DNA of 64,000 nucleotides from Felis catus (taxonomy: Eukaryota): positions 67,892,001-67,956,000 of the forward strand of contig NC_058368.1 in NCBI RefSeq assembly GCF_018350175.1. Direction: 5' to 3'. Positions within the stretch are counted from its first letter, which is position 1, and each line of letters starts with the position of its first letter. Of the stretch, positions 25,252 to 38,409 are shown one piece after another. The translations under genes were made by a program, and so were the position numbers. The notes under the pieces are model-generated. The model did no database searches and was not told where the DNA came from. It saw only the letters and a program-made list of their open reading frames with translations.

Positions 25252-26648
25252 TCTAGCTCAAAACCATTTTTGTTTTATTTACAACATTTATGATCTCGAA
25301 TTACGTATATTTATGTGTTTATTGTGTCTCCTCTGCTAGGCTGGAGGCCCCTTAGGTCAAAGTTCAAGTCTCCTCTGATCACTGTTTTACCCCAGTACCT
25401 AGCACAGTGCTTATGCATAGTAGATAGTGTGTTTTCAATAGATGTTTATGAAATGAATGAACAGATGAATATTTGGCAAGTGTTGATATTATTTGGTGCT
25501 GATGCAAAGAGAAAGGATAAAAATGATCTGGGTTGTAAGATGATTATCGTGGTGTTTGGGTGACACAGGGTAAGAGGTAAGGATTGGCCGCACAATATGG
25601 AGAAATGGAAAATACAACAGCAAAATTTAGAACTTGACAAATGACAAAATGATTGTATCTTTGTGGGAATGAGGAAATAGGGCAGTGGAAAGGGCTGAGG
25701 AAAGAATACTGGGAGCTCAGTATTTTCTACCTTTTGTGGGAGATCTTATATTTAAAAAAAAATCTCTTCAGGCAACCTGACTCAAAATTAAAATTTATGA
25801 ATTATTCAGGGTAGAATACAGAGTAGAAACCACCAAGATATTAAAGTTAAGAAAGTGTGGAGATACCGGTTCCTCAGTATTTATATTCGTACAGGTGAGT
25901 ACATGAACGCATACCATGGAAATGGTTAATAAGAAGGTTAATTATTTTCATGACTGATGCTTATTGATTGTCCAGGAATTCCCTTGTGATTGTCTTATGC
26001 CTTAGAGTGTTGATATGGGAGATATCTCTTCATCTGGCTACACAAATGAAGTCAATCACTTAGCAGCAGTTGGCTTATCATATTGCACTACTTCATATGA
26101 AAGATGCTACCCATAAAGGCAATTGTAATGGGTGGTTTAATAAGGCAAAGACTGTTACAGAATACAGCTTAACTGTGTTCATAGCAAAGACAGTAATTTT
26201 TGCACTGCGCTCATTTGTTTTATTAAAGCCAATTATACATTTGTTTTTGCTAATTTTTACTGTACAAAAGAAATTTGAAATACTTAATAGCCAATTACTA
26301 TAAGCATGCAGATAAAAATAATGAATGTTATCACACAAAGAGTTTATATGTAAGAGGCAAGGCAAACACAAATATGGTGTATGGAAATTTGTCAGAAATT
26401 AATAATAACTTCTATTTTAAGCCTCTTCAGAACATTCGAGGAATGAGAACCTTTAAATCAACATAATTCCTACCTGGATCCATGTAGGTGACTGATGTGA
26501 TTCTATCTAAATGGAATGTTGGTACAGGCTATAGTGTCCTTTCAGAAGAGCTGGCTTTTTCCTTAATAGCGCTTTTAACACAGTAGACAAACAAACTCTT
26601 GGTGCTTAGGTCTCTATGTTTAGTTGCTTTGGAGTATTTGATGCTTTT

Positions 26649-26863
26649 TTTTTTAAAGTTTTTTTTTTAAGGTTTATTTATTATAGAGAGACAGAGCAAG
26701 GGCATGGGAGGGGCGGAGAGAGGGGGAGACACAGACTCCAAAGCAGGCTCCAGGCTCTGAGCTGTCAGCACAGTGCCTGACGTGGGGTTCGAACTCACAA
26801 ATCTTGAGATCATGACCTGAGCCAAAGTTGGACACCCAACCGACTGCGCCACCCAGGTGCCCC
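26649..26863 (-). mobile_element. Can-SINE
   Basis: TSD tggagtatttgatgctttt at 26630-26648 and 26864-26882. Confidence 0.96.
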
Positions 26864-27019
26864 TGGAGTATTTGATGCTTTTATGAGTCATCAGGAAGGA
26901 ATTCTGGACTTGCTTTCAAGGGATAATGGAAATTGATATATTTCAAGCAAATTTTGTGTTAGAGAATGATAAATATACTGATAATAAAATTTTGATTATG
27001 TACTGATAAGAATTTTTTT

Positions 27020-27840
27020 TTATTCACCAACTATTCATTTGTGTGACATTTACAATATTTCAGTTTCAGTACTAGGAATAGAAGACAGATATGTTCCTTG
27101 CAGTATAAAGTTGATCGTCTTTGGGTGAAATGAAGCATTAAACAGGTTGCTCCAGTGACACGTGATATGTGCTGTGATAGAGGAATTAAGAGTACCGCAG
27201 GGGCATTTATCTGTGAGGTTCTAACCTATTATAGGAATCAGGGGAAGGCTTCCTGGAGGTAATAACAGTTAAACTAAGGCTTTATTTAAGAAGAAGTTAG
27301 GCAACGTGGACAGAGGAAAGAACATGTATGTATGTAGGAGGGAAGGAAGGAAAATGGAAGGAAGTCCAGATTGGCTGGAGCTTAGAGTGATAAGAAAAGT
27401 TGCAGAAATATGCCCAGAAGGGCTGAGACCAGATTCGGATTGCCTTGTGAGTCATGATAAAGAATTTGTACTTTATCCTAAATGCTGGGGCAACACTAAA
27501 GATTTTAAAGAGAGTCAGAACATGATCCAATTTTATTTTATCATTTTAACCACTCTAGCTGAAGTGTGGAGAATGGGTAGGAAGGAAATAAGACTGGATA
27601 CAGGAAGATGAGTGAATGAGGATGTTAAAATGGCATTCCAGGCAAGAAAGTATGGGCAAGGGCAGGGGGGTAGAGATAAGTGGATAGATTCAGGAAATAT
27701 TTATGAGTTAGGATGGTCAATAGGTTGCTAGATAGGTGGTTCTGAATCTCAGGAGAGTGGACCGACCTGATGTATGTTTGACAGTTATCAGCACTTAGAC
27801 GTTTTGTAATTGACGTCATGGAAATCAGTGAAAGGACTAT
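27020..27840 (-). mobile_element. L2 3' portion, antisense (continues at ~29085-29380)
   Basis: ggaatcaggggaaggcttcctggagg, ataaagaatttgtactttatcctaaatgc, gattttaaagagagtcagaacatgatc. Confidence 0.75.
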
Positions 27841-27842
27841 AG

Positions 27843-29083
27843 CCATGGTCTTCAAATTGAGGTACATGTACTTCTGGGGTACATAAAGACTCAAAAGTTT
27901 ATGTGGGCATGCAAATAATTTTAAGGGAATCCAATTGCTAGGTTTCCAACTTTCATAAGTTGTTTTTCTAAGATCAGTATTCCTGAGGATCCTTCTGTGG
28001 TCAAGCAGATTCTTCTTCCCCACACCTCCTTTCACAGAGTTCGTTTCCTGTTTACAAAAGAAGGGCAGACCTGCAGTTTGTTCTTTCTTGATGTGGTGCT
28101 TCTGTGGGCCCCACACAAAAGTGGTGGCATTTATACAGAGAGAGTGAATGACCCAAATGGGGGTAATATATCCTTTTGTAACTTGGGTACATTCTGTTTT
28201 GTTTGTTTGTTTGTTTTTGCATACCATGAAATGAAAAGAATGCTATTTGATTTTTAGCATATAACTCAGAAGGAGTTAAGTAATTGTGTGACATTCTCAT
28301 AATAAAACTCTTTATTTCTGTCTACCTAGTATTTAGGAAATGTTTCAGGCACAAAAAATGAAAACAGGAGTAAACCTGATGCAGAACATTGTTTCATTCT
28401 GGCAGTAAGTTATATTATCCATGAACCCATAAACTAATTGAAAAAATTGAAAACCATCTTAATTAATTAATAGTTCCGTATAAATTCTATTTTATATAAT
28501 TAATAAATATCTATCAAATATAAAATATGTTACATTGTGTTTATTAATTGGATATAATGGTAATTTAATGAGAACTCAATCCAGAAGAAAAATGTTATCA
28601 CTTAGAAACTTATGGTCCCAGGCAATTAAAAAAAATCAAGTATATCAACATATTTTTTTTAGAGATGTAGGATAAGGTGATCAATAAAAGACTTCTAAAC
28701 ATAAAACATATTACACTGGGTGGAAATTTTGTTGGAGAAGCAAAACAGAATTATGAGTTCTAAGAGAAAAAGGAATGATGTAATATTTTTTAATGTAAAA
28801 AAAGAGCTTGTTCATGTATTTTTTAACTAGATGAAGGTGGGAATGAAATCTCTGTAATGATCTCACATATCTTAAACATTGGACATGTTTAAAAGAATGA
28901 AATAATGGTAATATTTTCAAATGATGTTACAATATTTATAAAATGGAGGGAATTGTATCCTTCACCAATGATATCCTATATGAGGTTGTATGGTAATTTT
29001 TGGATGTTAACTTGAAAGTGTTAGTGGGGTGTTTCAAAATCATTTTAGTGAGTATATTGAGAACACAAGTTTGAGGACTTCTG
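27843..29083 (+). mobile_element. hAT-Charlie DNA transposon, internally deleted (Charlie7-like)
   Basis: terminal inverted repeats ccatggtcttcaaatt / aagtttgaggacttctg; decayed transposase C-terminus around 28320-28460. Confidence 0.6.
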
Positions 29084-29920
29084 GTCTTGGAAGAGAAGTA
29101 GGCTGAAGTGAGAAAAGGGCATAGGTTCAGTCCCCAGAAGCATTGTTATTCAAGGATCCTTCTCCCTTCACCAGCATACAAGGAAGGGAAGCAAGAAGTG
29201 TTTCTGGAGGTAAGTTTGAAGGTTGTCTCTATGGGGCTGGAGATTAGACCATCCATGATAGGGCAGGAAGGGTGGTGGAGGATGGCCAAAGAGAGTATAA
29301 TGTTTGGGGTGGCTGTTGTGGAGAGTGGGAGCTTCAGCTGATGGTTGAGAAGCTGGTCTCAAGGTTGGCTGACCTTGACCCTAAAGTGATACCAATCTGT
29401 TTGGTATATGATATTCTTCAAGCACATCCTGGCAAAAAATTCTTAAAGTCAGAAGATAACCTGGCATTATGAAAAATACTAGACATTACACAATGTTAAG
29501 GTACTGTGGAAAATAATCAAAGGCAGAGATGATAAGTCATTTATGCAAGGTTACCTTTGGCAGATAGAATCTCAGCTTCTCACTTTTTTCACTGAAGATT
29601 TTGTAAACTCACTTTGTACTTCTTTATGGTATCTCTTATAGCGAGTTTGCTTATAAAGTGCATCAGAAGTGAGAGGAGAAGTTAGAAAAAGAATATATGT
29701 GTACCCCTCTGCCTGACCCCGAAACATGGTCTCTATCCAAATATCCAACCCTCCAAATGCACTTCCTGGACAATGTCCCCTCTGCCCATAGAATTTTACA
29801 TTCCAGTTCTTGCCTGAAACATGCCTCCCTCCTAATTCTACCTTGTTCAAGTCCTCTGGATCCTTTAAAGGCCAGCCCCTCCCTGAATTTTCCCAATTAC
29901 ACTTGTATTTATCATCTGTA

Positions 29921-30250
29921 TCAGCCCTATCCAGGAGGAAAAGAATACAAACCATAAATGCGGGTTGCATATGTAATTCTTGTTTTTCACTGAGGTACAT
30001 TGACAAAACTAAAAAGAAACCATTGAAATTCATTTTAATATATCTCATTTAACCCAGTCTATTCAAGATATTGTAACTTCAATGTGTAATAAATACAAAC
30101 ACTATTAATGAGATATTTTATATATTTTTAGATAAGTATTCAAAATCAAGTGTGTATTTTACATTTATAGCACATTTCAGTTTGGACTAGTCACATTTCA
30201 AGTGCTAATAGCCATATATGTAGCTAGTGGCTACCATATTGGAAAGGGAA
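29921..30250. mobile_element. MER33-like hAT-Charlie MITE
   Basis: catttcagtttggactagtcacatttcaagtgctaatagcca...gtggctaccatattgga. Confidence 0.8.
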
Positions 30251-33031
30251 ATTTATATGGCAAATACTAGTACTAAAAATTCCATTTTTATTTCCTGAGT
30301 ATTTCTTGAGTGTTTTGTTTTGTTTTGTTTTGTCTTGCTTTTTTTTTTTTTTTTAGCAGACTGTATGATTCTTAAGGGCAAAGATCATATTTGAAACTTC
30401 TTTGACATTGTTAAGGTGATATGCTCAATGCTGTGGCTGAATAGGAATATGGATATGCTATGGGTGGCTCAATGTTCAGTCATAGTAAGATAAAACAATC
30501 TACTACATTTGTTGAATTATTTTGACTAATGAAACTTAATTGTTAAACCACCTTGACAATACCAATCTGTTGACTGACCCTTGGGGAATAGGATAGCTCT
30601 TTTTGGAACAACAATGCTGTCAGGGTTTTAAATAATTGACAAGTTGGCCAATGGTTGCTGCTCCTGTCAATAGGCCATTATTTAAATTTGTAAGCATCCT
30701 GGGGGTGGGACTGTGGTGTCTTTTCAGCTACATCCAGCCACAACGGCTTTTATTTTAAGTATGAACATGTTTGCACACAAATTAATAGTTCTTTGGAAGG
30801 TATTAGATCCTCTTTAAAAGAAATTATGAGTTTAAATGTTCCCTGGGGTGTTTGTAGAGTTGGTTAATATTATCACACTTATATTTGAGTTACCTGAGAA
30901 CCTAGATTGAAAATAAATTGGCATAGCTGCATCAACTAGTCCCTTAGAAACTTTTCACTTTTTTGGGGGGGGGCAGGAATGAGGGGGTTGCCTAGCTGCT
31001 GAAAATGTCATTATGTCTTTCTGATAAGCCTTTATGTAGAGAGCTGTGGCCTTCAGGATAAACAAATGGAAAAGGGACCCTTGAGAATCTTAATTTGTTC
31101 AAATTAAAATGAACATAGGAAGATAATAAAGCTGTTTTAAAAAGCTATTCTGAACTTTAGCACAGTATTTTAACCATTCCTTTGGGGAAATTATATCACC
31201 CTTACATGCAGGGTCAATGAAAACACAGTAATTATTCAGAGTTGTAGGATTTTCTTTTTAAGTTTCCACCATCGTGAATGCAATGATAGGAATTCAGTAG
31301 TGCAAATTCTGGAACAGCAGCCCTATGGCATTAGAAAATCTCCAGGGTGTCTTGTGTAGGGAGGAGAGTTGACAAAGTGATTACTTTGTTCTAATGACTT
31401 TATGCTAAAATAAATTTATCATATCAAAATCAGTTTTGTAATAGAAATCCTTGTATCCGTTGCAGAATGGAGGTCTTTTGCATGAAAGGGGAATTTTTTT
31501 TTCTGTAATTATGACCACTATGTTAAAGCAATCAAGAGAGTGTGCTAATTCACTTCTAACTGATGCAATTGATTTCCTAAAAAGCTTTATGGGAACAGGC
31601 GATGTCATTGTGATGAATCAGAAATGCTTAATCCTATCACCATACAAAGCAAATTGGGTTGTTATGCATTCCATCTATTTTGGTATTAATCAAAGGGGAA
31701 AAAAAAAACATATTCTTCCTCCAGTTCTAGGTAATTTACAGATGGAAAGAGGATTATGTAAGCTAGTTTTAAACTTTCACCAGAGATATAGAATTGAAAT
31801 TTGAAGCCTCTGGTGTAATTATTGAGGTTCATTCCACTAGGGAGTGAGGTCTATGGGTGGCTCATAATGGAAGCTGGCCAAATATGATGCATTTTGTACA
31901 TAGGTAATAAACTGTTGTCAGTTTCTCTCAAGGGGAAACAGGATATATTGCGTTTTCTTTTTAAGTTAGGTGTAACTGTGTTTGAATATAAAATTGTTGT
32001 GACTGCTATTAAAGTTAATACCTATTAACTTTAAATGTTATTCACTTGTCTATGCTAGGAAGTCACAGCATGTGTTGAATATTACATTTAATCTCTTCTA
32101 GCAATAGTGAAATCTTACTGCATAACCCCCTTAGATGAATATGATCAGCTACAATGGCACTAATTTTGTGTGCTATTGCTAAATCATCTCAGATGATCAA
32201 AATCAGGCTTTCAGGGAGGATTTGGAATCAACATGTGATGTTGCAAACAATGAGGTTATTCTTGGGCTCCCTAGAGTATGTCTCTTCAGTCATCATGTCT
32301 ACTTTGGACCTTGCTACTTATACAAGATTCAGAGAATTGAGTCAGAGAAGAGTGTGAATGTTATGGCATTAAGACCGCAACCTCAGGGTCTCCAATAGAT
32401 ATAACTCAATTATTTTTCTCTTTCAAGGCTTTCAACAATTCAAAGTAATAGCTGTCAGTTCAGAATCCTCACTTAGCTCTTGGTTTCCATTTGCTCATAG
32501 GTTCCAACTAATTTGGGGGGACCTTGCAGAGGCCAAGGCATGCAGGTCCACACTGGTGCTCTCTCTGGTCTCTTATGTGTTGGTCCTTAGAGATTGCTAG
32601 AGACCTTCCTTGTTCTGATGATGAGGTCTGCAGGATCTCGCACAGTGCTCCCTCCTCACCCATGTGGTGCTCCTGAGCTTTTGGGGGTACCTACACCCAT
32701 GCAAACTATTGTAGCCTCTTGGTAGCATTGGGAAATAGCATATTCTTCTTCCAAGTAAGTTTCTTGCCTATGTGAGGTCCTTGGCTTTTTAGGTGCAAAA
32801 GTAAAGAATTTGCCTCTTTGGTTCTTCTCTGAAATAGAAACCCCCAAATGTCTACCTGTCTCCTAGACTGCAGTAATCTGGGAGTGAGGGAGTGTCCTGG
32901 GAGAATAGGAAATATACAGGGAAAAATTAGTTAATATGTTACATCATTGATATGTTAAAAGCATTATTCTCTACAAGAACAAACAAACTGAATTTGGGGG
33001 GTGGTTCAGAGGGGAGAATGTTAGAAAAGAT

Positions 33032-33250
33032 GGGATGCCTGGGTAGTTCAGTCAGTTGAGCATCTGACTCTTGATTTCAGCTCAGGTCATGATCTCATGG
33101 TTCATGAGTTCAAGCCCTGCATTGGGCTCTGTGCTGACAGCATGGAGCCTGATTGGGATTCTCTCTCCCTCTCTCTGCCCCTCCCCTGCTCATGTGCATA
33201 TGGCGCATGTGCTCTCTCTCTCAAAATAAATAAATGAACATTAAATAAAA
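33032..33250 (+). mobile_element. Can-SINE, older subfamily
   Basis: gggatgcctgggtagttcagtcagttgagcatctgactcttgatttcagctcagg. Confidence 0.93.
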
Positions 33251-33317
33251 GAGTAGGGTTGGTCAGTTTGAGTAAAAGAAAGGTATCTAAGATATTAATT
33301 TTGTCTGTATTTATACT

Positions 33318-33500
33318 AAATATATATGTACTAATTATGTATATAATGAAATAGTTATATATGTATATATATATAATGAAATAGTTGTATGTTTAGTTAT
33401 ATATGTATATATATATAATGAAATAGTTATATGTTTAACTAATATACAAATAAAATACGTGATAATTATATATGTGTATACACACACACACACACACACA
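33318..33500. repeat. AT-rich minisatellite (tatataatgaaatagtt x3) plus (CA)n
   Basis: three near-identical units separated by (TA)n-like spacers. Confidence 0.85.
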
Positions 33501-34064
33501 AAATAATAATACATACATATGTGGATGGCTGTTTAGTTTGACTTGAGCTAACCAGTTAGGTACTTACTGCTAGAGCAGTGTCATACCTATAAAGACCAGT
33601 AATTTAGTCCAGTAATTTATTTTAACAATTAGGAAATGGGGACCCATAACTAGCATGATGTCACACAGCAAATGTAGTGGACCAGAATGTGAAACCAGGT
33701 CCTCTGACTTGCTCAGAATTCTTTGTTCATTTCTTCCCAACTTGCCTGAGAATGATATTGTTATGCAATTGAAGAGAATTAGGTTAACTATCAGGATGAA
33801 CTTTTTGATGCTAATAGGTCGAAACATTGAAATACATTATCAAGGACATTTGCAGTGGTTATTTTAAAAAAATGGTTAGGCAGCTACCTTTTTGCTCTGG
33901 CCTGGAGGCAGTCCTTGTGGAATCAGGGAAGATATGGCTTATTGAAGTCGATTTTTAGATTGCATGATTTTAAGGCAGATACTTCAAAAAAGATTTACAA
34001 ATATAGACTTGATTGAAATATTTACCACAGAAACTGCCCCTGTAGAATGTACTGTTATTTCCTT

Positions 34065-34118
34065 GTGTGTGTATGTGTGTGTGCGTGTGCGTGTGCGTGT
34101 GCGTGTGTGTGTGTGTGT
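34065..34118 (+). repeat. (TG)n/(TGCGTG)n microsatellite
   Basis: direct reading. Confidence 0.95.
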
Positions 34119-34590
34119 AGGGAATATCAGTTTGCCCTTTCAAGCAAATGTAAGGATTTTTCGAGATGTTTAAAAACAGAAGAGTGAAATTGTCTTCAGA
34201 TCCCTAGAGGAGATTGGATTGCATAGAACTTTGGCTTCTTCCTTGAGATGGAATGGATTTCTGTTGGGAGAGGATTTGTAACTTTATGGGCCAGATAGTG
34301 TAAAAGATGTGACGGGTTTCAAAAATAATTTTTCAGTGGACTATTTCTTGGGAATAGTAATTGATTTCGCTTAGTATCTGCTGAAAACAAACCTGGAAGG
34401 CTGTGTTGCATTAAAAAAAAGAAAAGGTTAAAGCGAAGTATTCATGTTTTTGTGTGGATATGTAGAGATTTAGACACATTTTAGAGAGATTATTTTGTAT
34501 TTCATTTCTCCCTGATGGAGAGAGCAACATTTTAGAAAGCCAATCAGACATTTCCTTTTCCTATGGCAATATTAAAAGTCTTAGCTTTCA

Positions 34591-34760
34591 GGGTGTCTGG
34601 GTGGCTCAGTCAATTGAATGTCTGACTCTCAGCTCAGGTCATGATCAGGTTGTGGGATGAAACTCTGCGTCGGGCTTAAGCATGGAGCCCGCTTAAGATT
34701 CCCTCTCTCTCCCTCTGCCCCTCTCCCTTACTTACACGCTCTCTCTCCCTCTAAAAACAA
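34591..34760 (+). mobile_element. old carnivore SINEC
   Basis: gggtgtctgggtggctcagtc...gcttaagattccctctctct; TSD tcttagctttca at 34579-34590 and 34761-34772. Confidence 0.9.
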
Positions 34761-35019
34761 TCTTAGCTTTCAAGAAAAATCTTCCAGAAGAACTCTTCTT
34801 TCTCATACCGTATCCCAGTGTGCATTCCAGTCCTTGGCTCCTTTCCTTTTGGGTGGCAATGTGCCTATTTAGATTCAATTCTGATAGGGGAAACACCTGT
34901 TTGAATGCAGGCTTCTTCCTCCCTCCCATCTTTACCCTTCCTTCCCTTCTTACTTTGTGGTGAATGACTTTAAGCTGCCAAAATCAAATAACATGGAAAC
35001 ATAGCAGAGCCCACTTTCC

Positions 35020-35565
35020 CCCCAGCTTTATCGAGAGATGTAATTGACATATAACATTGTGTAAGTTTAAGGTGTACAATATGATGATTTGAGGCACATA
35101 TATGCTGCAAAATGATTATTGCCAAAAGGTTAGTTAACACATCCATCACCTCACATAATTAACTTGCGTGTGTATGTGTGTGTGTGTGGTGAGAACATTG
35201 AAGATCTGTTCTCTCAGCAATTTTCGAGTATATATTACAGTATTTTAATTATAGGTGCCATGCTGTACATGAGATCCCCAGAACTCATTATTCATCTAAT
35301 AAATCGAGAGTCTGTACCCTTTGACCGACATCTTCCCATTCCCCTACCCCCCTGCCCCTGCCAACCACCATTCTACTGTTCCTATGAGTTTGGCTTTTTC
35401 CGATTCTATATATAAGTGAGACCGTACAGTGTTTTTCTTTCACTTAGCATATTTCACTTAGCATAATTAGAAATGTTATTTCACTTAGCATAATGCCCTC
35501 ACGTTCATCCATGTTGTTGCAAATGGCAAGATTTCCTTTCTTTTTCATGGTGGAACAACATTCTG

Positions 35566-35611
<46 letters not shown>

Positions 35612-35655
35612 TCGTGTGCGCGTGTGATTTTCTCTATCCATTCATCTATAACAGA
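35020..35655 (-). mobile_element. L1MA-like 3'UTR fragment with (TG)n
   Basis: taattgacatataacattgtgtaagtttaaggtgtacaa...ttatttcacttagcataatgccctc...catccatgttgttgcaaatggcaagattt. Confidence 0.9.
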
Positions 35656-37059
35656 GGCTATTTTTAACATGAGAATCTAAAGTACATATTTTTATTGAAT
35701 TTGAGAATCTCAAGTACATACTGCATACCACAGCTTCATATTTTAGTATATTCAACTAATCTGAGGGAACTTTTAATTTTATGTATCTCTTAAGGTTATA
35801 ATAATAAGGTGAGTTGTGTTTCCAATATACCTTCCAGCTAAGTTCTTGCTCTGTGTCAACTCTGTAACATTAATTCCTTAGAGACAGAAACTAAAATTTG
35901 GATTTAATTTAGAATTAATTTAATGTGGGAATATATTAACATTAATATATTAAGATAATGTGAGAATAATTCCCTATAGGTTGTTTTTCTTTGAAAGTAT
36001 ACAGGTGTATGTAAACCCTCATTATTCAAATATTTACCATATGGATTTATAGACACTTTTATACTAAATACACAGTGTGAATCAGCAATTTACCATAATC
36101 AATATGCATGTGTGTGTATGTAACAAAAAAGTTTGTTGCTATTGAAATCAGTCAAGAGGATATGGAGTGAGTGGGATACTGGCTTCAGTCAGCCTGTACT
36201 CAGGTTGTTTGAAAATGTTTGCATAGTCACTGATCTTCCTCACGCTTTTCCCTGAACATTCGGCCCTTCCTACATCTCAGTTCCTTTATGCCATGATCTG
36301 GGAGCACTTCCAACATGGAATCTGGGACCTTAGTATCTCTAACATGTTATCTCATGGTTTACTTACATTATGTATATGTTCCTTGCATGTGTAAAAGGAA
36401 AATGTAATTCCCACTTGATACTGTTAGGAAGGATTCCCTGTGTACTGTGTGCAAACATACCCTCCACATGCTTCCTTAGGTGTTAAAGAATTAGATGCTT
36501 GGTGTTTCAAATGATTTAATTTATGTCATTCAGAAGTCGATTTGGATTGCTATCTAGGTGTTTACAGGTGTTTTACTGATAGTTGGGGGAACTGGATGGA
36601 TGTTTGGATGGATTTGGAACATACTAATTTTCCCCATTAAAATAATAGAGTGATAGTGTCCTACCACTTGAAAATTACTATGCGACGTACTTTCAGAAAC
36701 GAATTGAATTCAGTTGAAGGATGCCTATCTTTCTTCTCTGAGCACATGCACATATAATTCCTGTAGTAGCTGATACTAGTGAAGTTAGCCTGAAAACTTA
36801 TGCATGACTAACCCTCATATTTGCCATCGAGTGTAAACAATGTGGCCAGCTGTTCTATCAACCGATGCACTTATAACTTTGTGCATCTTTTCTCATTTGC
36901 TGGCTCGGAGTCCTCTGCATGTCCTTCCAAAGGGTCTTTGTCCTCAGGTCTTCTCTTTCCTCCCTCTCCTGAACTGAAGGAAATTTTTGTTCTCCTTCCT
37001 ATGCCAAACTCTTCGTCTCAACCCCTGCTCTCTCTTTCATCCTCCTGTCCCTCATTTTC

Positions 37060-37282
37060 TTTTTTTTTTTTTCAACGTTTTTTATTTATTTTTGGGACAG
37101 AAAGAGACAGAGCATGAACGGGGGAGGGGCAGAGAGAGAGGGAGACACAGAATCGGAAACAGGCTCCAGGCTCTGAGCCATCAGCCCAGAGCCCGACGCG
37201 GAGCTCGAACTCACAGACCGCGAGATCGTGACCTGGCTGAAGTCAGACGCTTAACCGACTGCGCCACCCAGGCGCCCCCCCC
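37060..37282 (-). mobile_element. young Can-SINE (SINEC_Fc)
   Basis: CpG-rich body ending gactgcgccacccaggcgcccc; TSD gtccctcattttc at 37047-37059 and 37283-37295. Confidence 0.98.
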
Positions 37283-37799
37283 GTCCCTCATTTTCAACTA
37301 GCTGCTTTTCTACATTTGTGTCCTAGTGCTACTTCAAATGTCACAGAGCAGGGAGGGCCCCAGAAATCCATCTGGGGAGGCCATGGGCTTTGCCTAGGAA
37401 AATGGCCTGTAAGCCAATCGATGCTACAAATTGGGACCCTGAGAAAAAAAGGTTGGCAGAAACAAGGTGAGAAAAGGTAGCTGAATCACCTTGGATACCT
37501 GGTCACCAGAGATTTGTGGTTAGAAGGGAAGGAGGGAAAAGGAGTAGGAGGAGAGAGGAAGGAGAGGGAAGGGAGCGGAGCGAGTGACGAGAAAACTTAG
37601 AGAGAAGTGGAAACAGAGTAGGCAGAAAAGGCTAACGGACTTTGTAAAGTCAGGTTGGTTTGATAGTCAGATTTGGAATGTTGCTATTTTTTGTAAGATA
37701 GATGTCTTCCTCTCTCCAGTACAATCTGCTATATTCACAACAGCCTTCTATGGGTGAATTTTTCCACGTCATATCTAGAAACATATTAGAACAGAGCAG

Positions 37800-38282
37800 G
37801 ATTATTCACAACAGCCAAATGTTGGAAGCAGTCCAGATGTCCATCAACAGATGAACAGATAAACAAAATGTGGTGTATCCATACAGTGGAATATTACTCA
37901 GCCTTATAAAGGAACGAAATTCTTATACATGCCACGTGATGAATCTTGAGGACATTATACTAAGTGAAAGAAACCAGACACAAAAGGACAAACATTATAT
38001 GATTCAATTTATATGTGGTACCTAAACTACTCAGATCCATAGAGACAGAATGCAGATTAGAGGTTACCAGGGGATGGAGGGAGGGTGAAATGTGGAGTTG
38101 TTTAAGGCATACGGATGTTGAAGGGGTTCATTTTGGGATAATGGAAATATGCTGGAGGTGGATGGTGTTGATGGCTGTAAGCCAATGTAAATGTCCTTAA
38201 TGCCATTGAACTATACACTTAAGAATGGCCAAAATGGTTCGTTTTTATGAATATTTTATCACAGTAAATTTCTTTTTTAAAA
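37800..38282 (+). mobile_element. L1MB-like 3' end
   Basis: ttattcacaacagccaaa...gatgtccatcaacagatgaacagataaacaaaatgtggtgtatccatac...aatgccattgaactatacactt. Confidence 0.9.
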
Positions 38283-38409
38283 ATGTGGAGAGAGAATCTG
38301 TGTCCATGTGTGCACAGTTTGTGCAGGATGGAAGATGATCTAGAAGGTGAATTACTTCAGCAGAGGTTGGGTTATAGAACCAGAGAGAGAAAAAAGCCCA
38401 TAAAAACCC

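Larger units (their letters stand above)
22740..25475 (+). mobile_element. long degraded L2 remnant, interrupted by an L1 end and a SINE
   Basis: pyrimidine-rich L2 motifs (aactgctcttgtcaaggt, ttcctcatctcagtaaa, cttggactaccactgaagcc); 3' end ccagtacctagcacagtgc...tgaatgaa. Confidence 0.75.

Noticed and set aside
27625..28227. Longest ORF (200 aa, minus strand)
   Set aside because: Runs across an L2/Charlie junction, no recognisable domain, no splice or promoter context
29572..30052. Overlapping ORFs of 77-158 aa on both strands
   Set aside because: The longer ones overlap a MER33-like element; no homology or codon-like pattern apparent
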